From positions 480,001-544,000 of the forward strand of contig OZ219926.1 of assembly GCA_964291405.2 (NCBI GenBank): DNA of 64,000 nucleotides, in the 5' to 3' direction. This document shows positions 48,374 through 59,892 of the stretch, one piece after another. The notes below the pieces were generated by a model, which did no database searches, was not told where the DNA came from, and saw only the letters and a program-made list of their open reading frames with translations. The DNA comes from Thermodesulfobacteriota bacterium. Lineage in GTDB: Bacteria; Desulfobacterota; Binatia; Bin18. The stretch's first letter is position 1. Every line of letters begins with the position of its first letter. The position numbers and the translations under genes were made by a program.

Positions 48374-49672
48374 ATGAAGCTGAGAGCAAATTTTTTCGCC
48401 GCGGTCGTATGCGCGGCAGCGGTAAGCTGGGTCGTCCCAGCCGCCGCGAACTTCCCCCAACCGGGGGATGTTGTCGATCAGAGCAATATGGCCGAGGCGG
48501 CTGATGTCCTCAATCCAACGGCAAACTGGATGATCAACCAGGGCATGAAGATGAAGGTCATCGAGTACCGCAAATACGAATGGCCCAGGTTGTACTCAGA
48601 GGCTACAGAAAAATTTGCCGGTCAAGTGAATTTGTCAGAAGATGGTCGGACGTTGACCAACTACGTCGCTGGGTGCCCGTTTCCTAACATTGACGTCAAC
48701 GATCCCCTCGCTGGCGCCAAGGCGATGTGGAACCACGAGTACTTTCCCGATTTCACGGACAACGTGGGCTGCCCCTGGATTCTCGAGCTTGTGAACTACA
48801 AGGGCGAGATGGAGCGCTTCTACGCCTCGCACTTCTGGCGGCGTATGAAGTGGGAAGGTCGGCTGGTCATGGACCCGAAGCCGATCGCGCCGTTTAACCC
48901 ACAGATCACCTATACCGAGCAATGGGGACCGCTGTACGCCCCCAACGATCTGAAGGGCGCCGGCGTGCTGAACTTCCGGTATACCCCGCTCGAAAATCCG
49001 GATGACTCGTATATGTATCTGCCCGAACTGCGCCGTGTACGTCGTATCAGTGTGGCGAACCGCTCAGACGCCTTCTGGGGCACGGACATCGATATCGACT
49101 CGATTTGGGGCTTCAACGCCAAGCCCGGCTACTGGACGTGGCGCGTCTTAGCCGAGAAAGAGACTCTTATGTCGGCCCATTCAGGCCATTATCAGAGTCG
49201 AGCCGTATGGGCCGCTGCACCGGACGGCCGGAGCGGGGCGACTGCCTTCCTGTGGTCAGACCAAGTGCAGTGGGAACGTCGGCCGGTATGGGTCGTCGAA
49301 GGCATCCCGACCGGGTATAACCAGTATGCCTACTCCAAGCGGGTTATCTACCTCGACAAGGAGTATTTCAACACCTCATGGTCAGAGACGTATGATCAGG
49401 GTGGTGAGATCTGGAAAACCTGGACTCAGCTCATGAATATTTCGACGAAGCCCTCAGACAAGTATATTGCGGCAGACTACGACGAGGAGCAGGTCTTTAC
49501 CCACAACGGTCAGGTGATCGATATGCAGATTACCCATAGCTCCAAGTGGGACTGCCCTCCGGGCTATGACGAATACTACGTGCCGAAGTATGACTGGTAC
49601 TTCAATACCGCCAAGGAGTGGAACACGCCTGAGGCGTTCACCGTGAATTTCCTGATCCAGAGCGCTCGCTAA
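48374..49672 (+). CDS. DUF1329 periplasmic protein, paralogue 2
   Basis: Shares NDLKGAGVLN, DDSYMYLPELRRVRRISVANRSDAFWGTD and VNFLIQSAR with 41985..43310; RBS GGAGG. Confidence 0.82.
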   Translation: MKLRANFFAAVVCAAAVSWVVPAAANFPQPGDVVDQSNMAEAADVLNPTANWMINQGMKMKVIEYRKYEWPRLYSEATEKFAGQVNLSEDGRTLTNYVAGCPFPNIDVNDPLAGAKAMWNHEYFPDFTDNVGCPWILELVNYKGEMERFYASHFWRRMKWEGRLVMDPKPIAPFNPQITYTEQWGPLYAPNDLKGAGVLNFRYTPLENPDDSYMYLPELRRVRRISVANRSDAFWGTDIDIDSIWGFNAKPGYWTWRVLAEKETLMSAHSGHYQSRAVWAAAPDGRSGATAFLWSDQVQWERRPVWVVEGIPTGYNQYAYSKRVIYLDKEYFNTSWSETYDQGGEIWKTWTQLMNISTKPSDKYIAADYDEEQVFTHNGQVIDMQITHSSKWDCPPGYDEYYVPKYDWYFNTAKEWNTPEAFTVNFLIQSAR

Positions 49673-49702
49673 ACGTCACAGCCCCCTGCCCTGTTGTGAT
49701 GA

Positions 49703-49738
49703 AAAAATCCCCCGTACAACCCTGTACGGGGGATTTTT
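49703..49738 (+). terminator. Rho-independent terminator
   Basis: AAAAATCCCCCGTACA-ACCC-TGTACGGGGGATTTTT. Confidence 0.8.
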
Positions 49739-49912
49739 ATTTTGATAAGAGGGTTCTTCGTTTTGAGGAGGAAAGTGGCGACAAGGTCGAGGCAACCATA
49801 CTCCATCGTCCCTTGACTTTTGTCGTAAAAAAATGCAAAGGACGGAAGGCACGAAATCTTGTTGGGGAGTCCTCGTGCAAGTCGTCCACACCAAAAGGGA
49901 GGTCACCACATT

Positions 49913-51048
49913 ATGAATACCAATAGGGCCTGCTTGGCCCGGAGATGCACCAGCCTTTTCGCCTTGCTGTTTACTCTTGCGACCCTACTTGGCCTGGCGG
50001 GCTGTCACGGAGGACAGCCAACCGAATGGAGCACATCATTGCTTGCGCGGACCGACAAATTTTTTGGTGCAGCCCACGTCACGGACGACACCTTTGTCGT
50101 TGTGGGCTACGCCGGACGCATCCTGCGGACTGAAGATGCGGGAAACACCTGGGCAGACGTTGATAGCGGTGTGATCTGGTCGCTCAACAACGTCAGCTTC
50201 TCCGGTGAGCATGGCTGGGCAGTCGGCCATAATGGGGCCGTCATTCACTCTCGGGACGGCGGGAAAACGTGGGCTCCACAAACCGCGGACACGGACAAGA
50301 CCCTGATGGCGGTCTCCTTTGTTGACCAACTGCACGGCTGGGCGTGTGGCGATGAATCAACCTGGATGTGGACCGACAACGGTGGAGAAACCTGGAACGT
50401 CGAGCGTATGGACGTGTCCCAGATCGGCCTGTCCGAGTTCACCAGTCTGGCCGTGCCTGACATCATCTATTACAGCGTGCAGTTTCTGGACAAAAACACC
50501 GGCTGGATAGTCGGTGAATACGGCAATGTCCGCTATACCACGGATGGCGGCAAAACCTGGGGGGCACAGCACGACACTCTGCTCGATGAACTCGTTGAGC
50601 AGGGGGCGTGCGGGACGTCATGGTGATGGGTGCGTTTTTCAAGGTACACTTTAGTGACCCCGATAATGGAGTGATGGTCGGCGCCGGTGGGGCGATTGCG
50701 AAAACCACTGACGGCGGTCAGAACTGGACCTGGATCGCGCGTGAGGGCAGCAATGCAGATGTCCCGGCACTGCATCTCTACGATGTTGATACGCCGGGTG
50801 GAAACGGTCGCCTTGTCCTCGCTGGCATGAATGCGGTCGTGCTTGATACCACCGACAGCGGGGCCAACTGGGGTCCGACCCAGACGCCGGATGGGGTCTA
50901 CACCTGGATCAATGCTGTTGCGTTTGGGGAAAATGGCAAGGGCGTTCTGGTCGGCGGGAAAGGCACCATCATGATCACCAGCGATGGGGGCAAGAGTTGG
51001 GAGGTGGTTGAGCAGGAAGTGGAAGAAGAGGAGGCCGCCGCGCATTAG
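49913..51048 (+). CDS. YCF48/BNR-repeat beta-propeller lipoprotein, split by one frameshift
   Basis: LAGC lipobox; repeated (S/T)xDGGxTW Asp-boxes in both halves; adding one G to the G5 run at 50602-50606 joins them into 378 aa. Confidence 0.82.
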
Positions 51049-51116
51049 TTCGGCGGCTGAACGTCGGCGCACAGCAGCATCACGCAGAGTGAAAGATTAG
51101 CAAAAAGGAGAAAACC

Positions 51117-53507
51117 GTGGCTGAGAGAAAGATACCGACTATTGAAGAGCTCGAAGCGCATTCCAGGGATCGTGCCGCCCTCTATCGTTTGGGAGAGGGC
51201 CTGATCCGCAACCGCTTTCTGATCACGATCGGGGTGTTGCTTATCACCGGCTTTATGGCCTGGCAGGCGTTATCGATCCAAATGTCGACCAGCTTTAACG
51301 ATCTGCTGCCCTACCGCCATCCGTTTGTCCGCGTGCATTTCCGCTTTGCCGATCAATTCGGCGGGGCGAACAATGTGAACGTGATGCTGAAAGTGGATAA
51401 GGGTGACGTCTTCACAGTCGGTCTGCTCAGAAAAGTCTACGATATGACGCAGGCCATGGACCGCGTCACCGGGGTGAACCACGACCAGATCGAGTCGATC
51501 GGCCACCGCACGACGCGTTATCTCACCGTGTCAGGAGGAACGATCGCCACTCCCCCGGTCATGCGGCGTCCACCCAAGACGGACCGGGAAGTCGCCGAAA
51601 TCCAGGAGATTTGCTACAACACCGAAACCATTTACGGCCAGTTGGTCTCCCTGAACGGTCAGGCCCTCCTGCTGAAAGCCAACTTCATTGAGGGTAGACT
51701 TGACTACAGGACCGTCTTTGAAGAGATTCGCCGGACCGTCAAAGAACCGTTTGAGACTGCCGAGGAGACGATCTGGGTGGCCGGCGAGCCCCAGCTCTAC
51801 GGCTGGATCTACTACTACGCGAACGAGGTGTTCTACATCTTCCTCGCCGCGGCGGCAGTGTGCTGGATTTTGCTCTACCTGTACTTCCACGATTGGCGGG
51901 GGGCATTGCGCCCGACCATCACCGGCGTTGTATCGGCCTTTTGGGGTCTGGGTATCCAGGCCATGATGGGCTTCTCCATGGACCCGCTGGCTTTGGTGAT
52001 TCCATTCTTTGTCACGGCCCGGGCCATAAGCCATTCGGTGCAGATGCACGAACGCTATTATGAGGAATACCACAAGTGGCAGTGGAATAAGGAAAAGGCG
52101 ATTGTCGCCGCGTTTGCCGAATTATTCGTGCCAACCCTGAGCGGTATTATTACCGACTCGTTGGGCATGCTCGTCATCGTGGTTGTGCCGGTGGTCATCC
52201 TGCAGAAGATCGCCATCTCGGCCTCGATCTGGGTCGCCTCGGTGGCGATCAGCGAACTGCTCATGAACCCGGTGGTGTACTACTACCTCAACGCGCCTGA
52301 CCCGGAAAAGGTCCTGAAACGCGAGAACGGCTGGTTCCAGCGTTTTGCCGACGTATGCGCAGCCTGGATCACGACGCCCAAAAACGCCAGGATGATTGTT
52401 ATCTTCTGGGTTGTTTCCTTTCTCATTGCCCTGACCCAGATTCGGCACCTTACCATCGGCGACCCGACCGCGGCCACGCCGCTGTTGCATCTGGAGTCGC
52501 CGTATAATCAGGCTCATATCGAGATTCAGAAGTATTTCGGTGGAATTGAGCCCCTCATAATTGTGGTTGAGGGACGAGACAAAGAAGTGCTCAAGAACCC
52601 CGATTTATTGCGGCAACTTGAAAAATTCCAGCGTCACATGGAACGCGACAGGGACATTGGCTACAGCTTCTCGCTGGCTGACATCATTCAGGCCATTAAT
52701 ATGACTTTCTATGATATGCAGCCACGCTGGGGCTCCATCCCGGCCAGTTCCCGGCGGGTGAGTTCGCTCTTCTTCTACTATTTTGCCGGAACACCACCCG
52801 GCGAGTCATCGAAATTTCTCGACCCGAGCTATACGGTTTCACGGGTGACGTTCTACTGCGCCAATCACCAGGGAGATAATATCGCCCGGATTATCCAGGA
52901 AGCGCGGAAATTCGTTGCCGACAATCCCCTGCCCAATGCAGACTGGCGTCTGGCCGGTGGTTTGATCGGGGTGACGGCCGCGGCGAATGAAGAGATCCTC
53001 AAAAACAACCTGTATATGCACGGCCTGGGTTTTGGGACGATCTTCCTGATCGTGATGTTTACCTACCGTTCCCCGGTCGCCGCAGTTGTGATGATGATCG
53101 GCCTGTTTCTGGCCGACGGTGTGGTGAATGCGTATATGGGTTTCCGTAATATCGGCATCAACTTGCAGTCGCTGCCGGTGGTGACCGTCGGGGTGGGATT
53201 CGGCATTGACTACGCCTTATATATCGTCAGTCGAGCGGTGGAAGAGTATGACGGCGATATCAACGACGCCGTCCGCCTGGGACTTGCGACAGCGGGGAAA
53301 GCCGTGGCCTTTACTGCGGCAACCCTGATCACCGCGACGGTCCTGTGGGCATTCTCGAACATTCGCTTCTGTTCGGAAATGGGCCTGCTGCTGGCGTTGT
53401 GGATGGGTATCAGCTTCCTCGGCGCCTGTACCTTTGTCCCGTCGGCATTGGTGCTCTGGCATCCGAAGTTCTTTGTTCGGGCGGCCAGGGAAGGTATTAT
53501 TGCCTAA
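51117..53507 (+). CDS. MMPL/RND-family transporter, paralogue 2
   Basis: Same motifs as paralogue 1 (FGGAN, ARAISHSVQMHERYYEEY, LPVVTVGVGFGIDYALY). Confidence 0.88.
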   Translation: MAERKIPTIEELEAHSRDRAALYRLGEGLIRNRFLITIGVLLITGFMAWQALSIQMSTSFNDLLPYRHPFVRVHFRFADQFGGANNVNVMLKVDKGDVFTVGLLRKVYDMTQAMDRVTGVNHDQIESIGHRTTRYLTVSGGTIATPPVMRRPPKTDREVAEIQEICYNTETIYGQLVSLNGQALLLKANFIEGRLDYRTVFEEIRRTVKEPFETAEETIWVAGEPQLYGWIYYYANEVFYIFLAAAAVCWILLYLYFHDWRGALRPTITGVVSAFWGLGIQAMMGFSMDPLALVIPFFVTARAISHSVQMHERYYEEYHKWQWNKEKAIVAAFAELFVPTLSGIITDSLGMLVIVVVPVVILQKIAISASIWVASVAISELLMNPVVYYYLNAPDPEKVLKRENGWFQRFADVCAAWITTPKNARMIVIFWVVSFLIALTQIRHLTIGDPTAATPLLHLESPYNQAHIEIQKYFGGIEPLIIVVEGRDKEVLKNPDLLRQLEKFQRHMERDRDIGYSFSLADIIQAINMTFYDMQPRWGSIPASSRRVSSLFFYYFAGTPPGESSKFLDPSYTVSRVTFYCANHQGDNIARIIQEARKFVADNPLPNADWRLAGGLIGVTAAANEEILKNNLYMHGLGFGTIFLIVMFTYRSPVAAVVMMIGLFLADGVVNAYMGFRNIGINLQSLPVVTVGVGFGIDYALYIVSRAVEEYDGDINDAVRLGLATAGKAVAFTAATLITATVLWAFSNIRFCSEMGLLLALWMGISFLGACTFVPSALVLWHPKFFVRAAREGIIA

Positions 53508-53534
53508 AACCGCTATCCCTTCTTGACTGAAGGC

Positions 53535-53569
53535 AAAAGAGGCAGCCTCATGAGGCTGCCTCTTTTTTT
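53535..53569 (+). terminator. Rho-independent terminator
   Basis: Palindrome AAAAGAGGCAGCCTCA|TGAGGCTGCCTCTTTT plus T-tract. Confidence 0.8.
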
Positions 53570-53832
53570 GTCCAAAGACTGGCACAGTGGCGGAACTGAA
53601 CGCGCACCCGGACGCCTTGAAAAAGATATTGGAAGAGCGGGGCTGAGATAACGTCGAAAGACTCAAGCGACGCTCCACTGGAGTACCCCCCCTACTTATC
53701 GTAGGAGCCACTCAAAGCAGGTCGTCTATATGTGAGAATGGACCGGGGGGGACAGGCGCGCGGTCACAATAGCCACGCGCGAGTTGTTACTAATAATGCG
53801 AAAAGGCAATCTGGAAAACAAAGCGGAGAGCT

Positions 53833-54120
53833 TTATTCCTGATTTTCCAGATCTTCCCCGCCCTTTTGCATCGCCCCTTCAGGGTTTGTCAGCAAGGACT
53901 CACCCAGGGCTTTCGGGTTCGCAGCCAATCCGGGCTCTCGGCTATCCTTATTGGCTTGCTTATACTGGTCGACCAAAGACGGTTTGGGCTCAGCATCCTT
54001 GACCTCTTCGATGGGGGGGGCGCCAAGTTCACACCCGCCCAGCACGACAATCGATCCAATTCCACATGCAATGAGCCCGTTCCGCAGCCATTTGCCGCAA
54101 TGAGAAAAAATATCCTGCAT
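53833..54120 (-). CDS. Small putative lipoprotein
   Basis: Hydrophobic stretch ending LGGC followed by a polar tail; start uncertain. Confidence 0.45.
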   Translation of the reverse strand: MQDIFSHCGKWLRNGLIACGIGSIVVLGGCELGAPPIEEVKDAEPKPSLVDQYKQANKDSREPGLAANPKALGESLLTNPEGAMQKGGEDLENQE

Positions 54121-54363
54121 GGAGCGGTCTATTAAAGAAAGCCGACGCATTTGTCAAGAGCAGAAACACAGGAAGGAAATGCCGTCTGGGCAGTTGCAAA
54201 ATATGAAGAATAGCGCTAGAAGCAGCCTGGAATACCAAATCATCTTTTGCATAATGCATTGCACTAAGGATCTATGGGGAAAGGGGGTGACCTGCTGCAA
54301 CCAGGGAAACAGCAAGTGAGTCAAGGTAGGGAGGATAATTCTTTGTTACAGGAGGGAAAGTTT

Positions 54364-56663
54364 ATGATCAAACACAACGGGAAAAAGCATTCGGGCCTGA
54401 GAGGACTGGTGGCCGGGCTAGCCATCGCAGCCGGGCTCGTTTGGCTCACAAGCCCCGCGCAAGCGGTGGTCCGGGTGGGCGACTCAGAGATTCAAGTCGT
54501 GTACGAGATGCAGCACGCATTTCAATTTGACGGCAGCCCTGGAGATAATTTCGAGTGGGTGCAGTGGCGTAACGAGTTGCGCGTGGAGTACGAGTATCAG
54601 GATCTCGTGTCAACCGAGGGCGGGTTGTTCGGTAAGAACATCAAGATCCCAGGGGTGCGGCGCGCTGACTTCTCCTTCATGTATCGGGGCCGCTTTGACC
54701 CGGTCTATGAAGTCCGCGACAAGTATGACGATATGTACTCCCACCGCATCAAGCAGTTCAAGTCCTTTACCTTTCCCGAGAACGGCTTTCGGGAAATGAA
54801 TCTGGACGTGGACTTTGGGGATGTGATGGGCCACCGGCTGTCGATGAAGCTGGGCAAGCAGCAGATCGTGTGGGGGGAATCCGATCTGTTCCGCTCCATT
54901 GACATTGCCAACCCGCTACGGCTGGACCAGAACCAGGCGGTGGGAGAAGCCTTTGAGGACTTCCGGAGTCCGATCTGGGCCATCAAGTTTCTGTACGACA
55001 TCGGGAACGTCGGATCGTTCTGTCCAACGTCGGTCTGGAGTTGTTCTACACCCCGCGCTGGCGGTCACTCGTGCAGCACCTGGTCCTGGAAGGCGGCTGG
55101 GGCGGCCTGCGCTATGACGACCCGAACTATATTGGCGACGTGGAAGATTACTTTGATTCGCCAACCTCTCCTGGCACCTTAACCACCAAGGGCGTGCCTT
55201 GGGGGCCATACCATGACTACGCCCGGAGTCGTCACCCCTGGTCCGTGTTCCGGGTCGGGCGCAACCTGGCGAATATGGCCCCGGACAGCGGGTGTAATGC
55301 CGATGTCCCATGTACGGACGACGCCGCCGGCCGCGGCACCAACTTCCTGTACCGGATTGGCGGCGGTCGCCATACCCACCACATCCGCGGTACAAAGTGG
55401 AAAAACAGCATGGTCGGCGCACGGATGATGGGGAAGATTTTTGACAACTTCGACTTCACCCTGAACTATATGTACAAGCGCGTCGATCCGTATGCCGTGT
55501 TTGACCTGCCGTCCTTCTTCGGCACAGACCACGACGACGGTCTCGGCAGGGTGGACCAGTACGGTCGGCGACTCGGCTCCTTCAGCAACACTCTGCTGGG
55601 TTCACCCGGCGGGTTCTTTGCGCATGACCCGACCAACCCGAACAATATGCTCAACTTCCGTCGCGCCCTGGACCGGTGTTTCGAGGAGAATCGAGCCTCG
55701 TTTTTCAGCGGGGTCGACATGTTAGGTTACAGCCAGGACGGCAACCCGAACAACGACCGACTTGCGACCGCCTGCTTCGAGGTTGCCCACTCGTATCCGT
55801 GGACGAACGTGTTTGGCTTCACGGTTACCTATAATGACTTTGATTACACCGGTGCGGTGTTCCGCCTGGAGCAGAGTTGGTCGACCAACGAAGGGCGCAA
55901 CTGGGGCGGCTCGAACTATGGTGGGCAGTCTCAGGCGCACTTTGATGCGAAGTTGCAGCACGCTCGGGAGGTCTATCTGGACAGACTGGATGACAACCCG
56001 GAGTACGCCGCAGCGGTCGATCAATATGCGGCCGACAACGGGGTTGACCGTCGTGGCGCGGTATTCGGCGCACCGGACGTTGACCCGCTCATCACCGGAC
56101 CGCACAGCGATGGAGAAGGCAATCCCTGCGTACCGGGTGTGAACGTGTGTCCGGGCAAGAAGATCAACGGCGCGCGGATCAAACAGGGATCGTCTGTGTG
56201 GCGGAGCATGATCGGGTTTGACCTGATTCAGTCCATTCAGTCCTTTCCGGGCATGGGCTGGACACGCGGCCTGCCGGGCGGTATTGGTGACCAGGCCACC
56301 TTCTACACCTTCCAGGCCCTGACCACCTATCAGAACGATAACCGGCCCTCGGGCGTCAACGCCTTCACCAATGCGCCGCGAGACCGGCACCATCGGTTTA
56401 ATCAGTTGTACACCTTTGGCCTGTCGGGCTTCTACTTCCGAGGCAAACTGGAACCGCTGTTTGCGGTCGCCTACTCGGTGAACTCCAAGCATCCGCTGAT
56501 TCTGGCCCAGAGCTACTGGCACGGCTTCCTCTTCCGCAACCTCGACATCTTTGCCGGCACGGTCATGTATATGGGCGGCCGCAACGACACCGATGGTACG
56601 GGGCTGCACCTGTGGGCCGACCGCGATCTGTTCTGGATTCGCCTCCAGTACTACCTGCTGTAG
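54364..56663 (+). CDS. DUF1302-like outer-membrane beta-barrel, copy 1 (one frameshift)
   Basis: Signal peptide; KLGKQQIVWGESD.FRS.D..NP; C-terminal FWIRLQYYLL; one base missing at ~55020 relative to the paralogue; 766 aa if repaired. Confidence 0.78.
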
Positions 56664-56684
56664 TCACATCGATAACCACTAACC

Positions 56685-56714
56685 GGGGCGGGTATGATAC
56701 CCGCCCCTTTTTTT
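56685..56714 (+). terminator. Rho-independent terminator
   Basis: GGGGCGGGTAT-G-ATACCCGCCCC-TTTTTTT. Confidence 0.8.
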
Positions 56715-56783
56715 CCCACCTCACCCGTAACACCTCCACTTACGTTTCTTGACTTTTCCATGTGGACGGCATTGGATAGGTGT

Positions 56784-57365
56784 ATGAAGGGTCTTCTGCT
56801 CACCTGCTTACTTTGGGCCGGGGCGCTAGTTGTCCCGCCTGTTCCCGGCTGGGCTCAAGACCGCTCGTCGGATGCAGCCAGCCGGGAAATTATTGAGCGA
56901 CTGACACGGGTCGAAACTCGGCTGGACGGATTAGAAGATAGCATCAGACAACTGCGGGAGGACATGAACACCCAGAACCAACAACTCCGCACGGATATGC
57001 AGCAACTGCGCGAGGACATGCAGCTTCAGAACCAGCAACTGCGCGAGGACATGCAGCTTCAGAACCAGCAACTGCGCGAGGATATGCAGCAACTCCGCGA
57101 AGACCTGAATCATCAATTGGACCGGCACTTTCAGCTCATCCTCGGCGTCCTGGCGGCCTTTACTTTCATGTTCATCAGCATCCTCGGCTTCGCCATTTGG
57201 GACCGTCGTACCATGGTCAGGCCATTTGCCGACAAGGTGAAAAATCTGGAAGACGACCTCTCAACAAAAGGCCGTCGGTTAGGTGTCATTCTTGATGCAC
57301 TTCGGTCCCTGGGACAGCGCGACGAGCGAGTCGCCGCCATTCTCAAACGCCTGAATCTGCTGTAG
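56784..57365 (+). CDS. Signal peptide + coiled-coil + C-terminal TM protein, copy 1
   Basis: ...GWA|QD signal, IERLTRVETRLD, QQLREDM repeats, TM segment, WDRR, RDERVAAILKRLNL. Confidence 0.72.
   Translation: MKGLLLTCLLWAGALVVPPVPGWAQDRSSDAASREIIERLTRVETRLDGLEDSIRQLREDMNTQNQQLRTDMQQLREDMQLQNQQLREDMQLQNQQLREDMQQLREDLNHQLDRHFQLILGVLAAFTFMFISILGFAIWDRRTMVRPFADKVKNLEDDLSTKGRRLGVILDALRSLGQRDERVAAILKRLNLL
57000..57090 (+). repeat. 33-bp coding tandem repeat (~2.7 copies)
   Basis: CAGCAACTGCGCGAGGACATGCAGCTTCAGAAC exact at 57000 and 57033, partial at 57066. Confidence 0.9.
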
Positions 57366-57488
57366 CGCGTTTCACGTCAAGCTGTCGCCATACTGCCCCG
57401 CTCTCGTCATGCCGGACCTGACCCGGCATCCAGCGATCTCCCGTTTTTCCGTTCGGGTACATGACGCATCGTTGTCATATTCGCTTAA
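57363..57488. mobile_element. Composite MITE/REP-like element, copy C (degenerate)
   Basis: TAGCGCGTTTCACGTCAAGCTGT...CTCGTCATGCCGGACCTGACCCGGCATCCAG; the initial TAG is the stop codon of the upstream gene; right end poorly defined. Confidence 0.6.
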
Positions 57489-57560
57489 CATTTTCGCTTG
57501 ACATTCAGGCCATTAAAGTATTATCCATGGGGGACCAATCTTTTCAAAGGAGGGAAGGCT

Positions 57561-59818
57561 ATGGTCGAACGCACTAGGGGGCGAAGGCGAAGGGCAGGCC
57601 TGAGGGGATTCGTGGCCGGGCTAGCCATCGCAGCGGGACTTGTATGGTTGACGAGCCCCGCACAAGCGACGATCCGAGTGGGGAATTCGGAGATTCAAGT
57701 CGTGTACGAGATGCAGCACGCATTTCAATATGACGGCAGCCCAGGGGATAACTTCGAGTGGGTGCAGTGGCGCAACGAGATGCGCGTGGAGTACGAGTAT
57801 GGTGATCTTGTGACGCCCGAGGGCGGGTTGTTCGACAAGAACATCAAGATCCCGGGGGTGCGGCGCGCCGACTTCTCCTTTATGTATCGCGGTCGCTTTG
57901 ACCCGGTCTATGAAGTCCGCGACAAGTATGACGACATGTATCCCCACCGTATCAAGCAGTTCAAGTCCTTTACTTTTCCCGAGAACGGGTTCCGGGAGAT
58001 GAACCTGGACGTGGACTTCGGGAATGTGATGGGCCATGGGCTGTCGATGAAGCTGGGCAAGCAGCAGATCGTGTGGGGCGAATCCGATCTGTTCCGTTCC
58101 ATTGACATTGCCAACCCGCTACGGCTGGACCAGAACCAGGCGGTGGGCGAATCCTTTGAGGACTTTCGGACCCCTATCTGGGCGATCAAGTTCCTGTACG
58201 ACATCGGGAACGTCGGGACGTTTATGTCCAACGTCGGTCTGGAGTTATTCTACACGCCCCGCTGGCGACCCATCACTCAGCACCTGGTGTTGGAAGGTGG
58301 CTGGGGCGGCCTGCGTTACGACGACCCGAGCTTCATTGGCGATCCGACTGATTACTTTGATTCGCCGACCTCACCAGGCATCTTGACCACCAAGGGCGTC
58401 CCTTGGGGGCCATACCATGACTACTCCCGGATTCGCCATCCCTGGTCGTTGTTCCGGGTCGGGCGCAACCAGGCGAGGATGGCAGGTGATTCCGGGTGTA
58501 GTGGTTCAGGACCGTGTACGGACGATACCGCCGGCCGGAATGCAAACTTCCTGTACCGGATTGGCGGCGGTTCGAAAACCCACCATATTCGGGGCACGAA
58601 GTGGGACAACAGCATGGTCGGCGTGCGGTTGATGGGGAAGATTTTCGATAATTTTGACTTTACTCTGAACTATATGTACAAGCGCGTCGATCCGGGCGGC
58701 GTGTTCCATTTCGACACCTTCTTTGCCGACTCACCGCTCGATGCGGATGGCAAACGGACGGTGGGCTTGGACGGCCGCCCGCAATCGGCCGGATACGCAG
58801 GAGGTGTCCCAACGGAGGGGAGATTTGCGGGTAGAGCTGTCGCCCCTGGGACGTTTGTTCATGACCCGACTGACCCGACAATATGCTCAACTTCCGCCGC
58901 GCCCTGGACCGGTGTTTCGAAGATAACATTGCGACCAACTTCGTCGGGGTTGACATGTACGGCTACAGCCAGGATAGCAACCCGAACAACGACCGATTGG
59001 AACCGCGTGTTTCGACGTGTCTCACTGGATGCCGTGGACAAACGTGTTTGGGTTCACGGTCACGTATAACGACTTCGACTACACCGGTGCGGTGTTCCGC
59101 CTGGAGCAGAGTTGGTCCACCAATGAGGCGCGCAACATAGCACCGGTCGCGAACGGCGGCAGGTCTCAGGCGCACTACGAGGCGCGCGTAGCCGCGGCGC
59201 AAGCCAGGGCCATAGCAGAGGGCAGGACGGGCTCGCAGATTCCGACCCATCCCTTTACGGACGGCGACGGCAACCCCTGCGCCGAGGGACACGGCAGCTT
59301 CTGTCCCAGCCCACGCCAGCGCGTTGCGCGCATTAAGACCGGCACGTCTCGTGTGGCGGAGCATGATCGGCTTTGACCTGATTCAGTCCATTCAGTCCTT
59401 TCCGGGCATGGGCTGGGCACGCGGCCTGCCGGGCGGTATTGGTGACCAGACCACCTTCTACACCTTCCAGGCGCTGACCACCTATCAGAACGATAACCGC
59501 GCAACAGGCCTGAACGCCTTCACCAATGCCCCGCGTGACCGGCACAGTCGGTTTAATCAGTTGTACACCTTTGGCATGTCGGGCTTTTACTTCCGGGGCA
59601 AACTGGAGCCGCTGTTTGCGTTCGCCTACTCGGTCAACGCCAAGCAGCCGTTGCTTCTGGCCCAGACCTACTGGCACGGCTTGTACTTCCGCAACCTCGA
59701 CCTCTTTGCCGGCACGGTCATGTATATGGGCAGCACCAACCAGGTCGATGCCACGGGGCTGCACCTGTGGGCGGAGCGCGACCTGTTCTGGATTCGTCTC
59801 CAGTACTACCTGCTGTAG
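57561..59818 (+). CDS. DUF1302-like outer-membrane beta-barrel, copy 2 (three frameshifts; pseudogene or sequencing errors)
   Basis: Colinear with copy 1; indels at ~58878 (-1), ~59001 (-1) and ~59350 (+1); 752 aa if repaired; no in-frame nonsense codons seen. Confidence 0.72.
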
Positions 59819-59838
59819 ACTCACCAGTAACCACTAAC

Positions 59839-59870
59839 CGGGGCGGGTATTATGCCCGCCCTTTTTCTTT
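59839..59870 (+). terminator. Rho-independent terminator, paralogous to the one at 56685
   Basis: GGGGCGGGTA-TTA-TGCCCGCCC followed by a T-tract. Confidence 0.75.
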
Positions 59871-59892
59871 CCCTCCCTCGCCTCACCTCAGT

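Noticed and set aside
49847-49862. GGCACG...TTG as a sigma54 promoter before the YCF48 gene
   Set aside because: Spacing is one base too long and the -12 GC is missing
54364-59818. Barrel paralogues as template and variable repeats of a diversity-generating retroelement
   Set aside because: No reverse transcriptase in the window; differences are not adenine-specific and span whole genes
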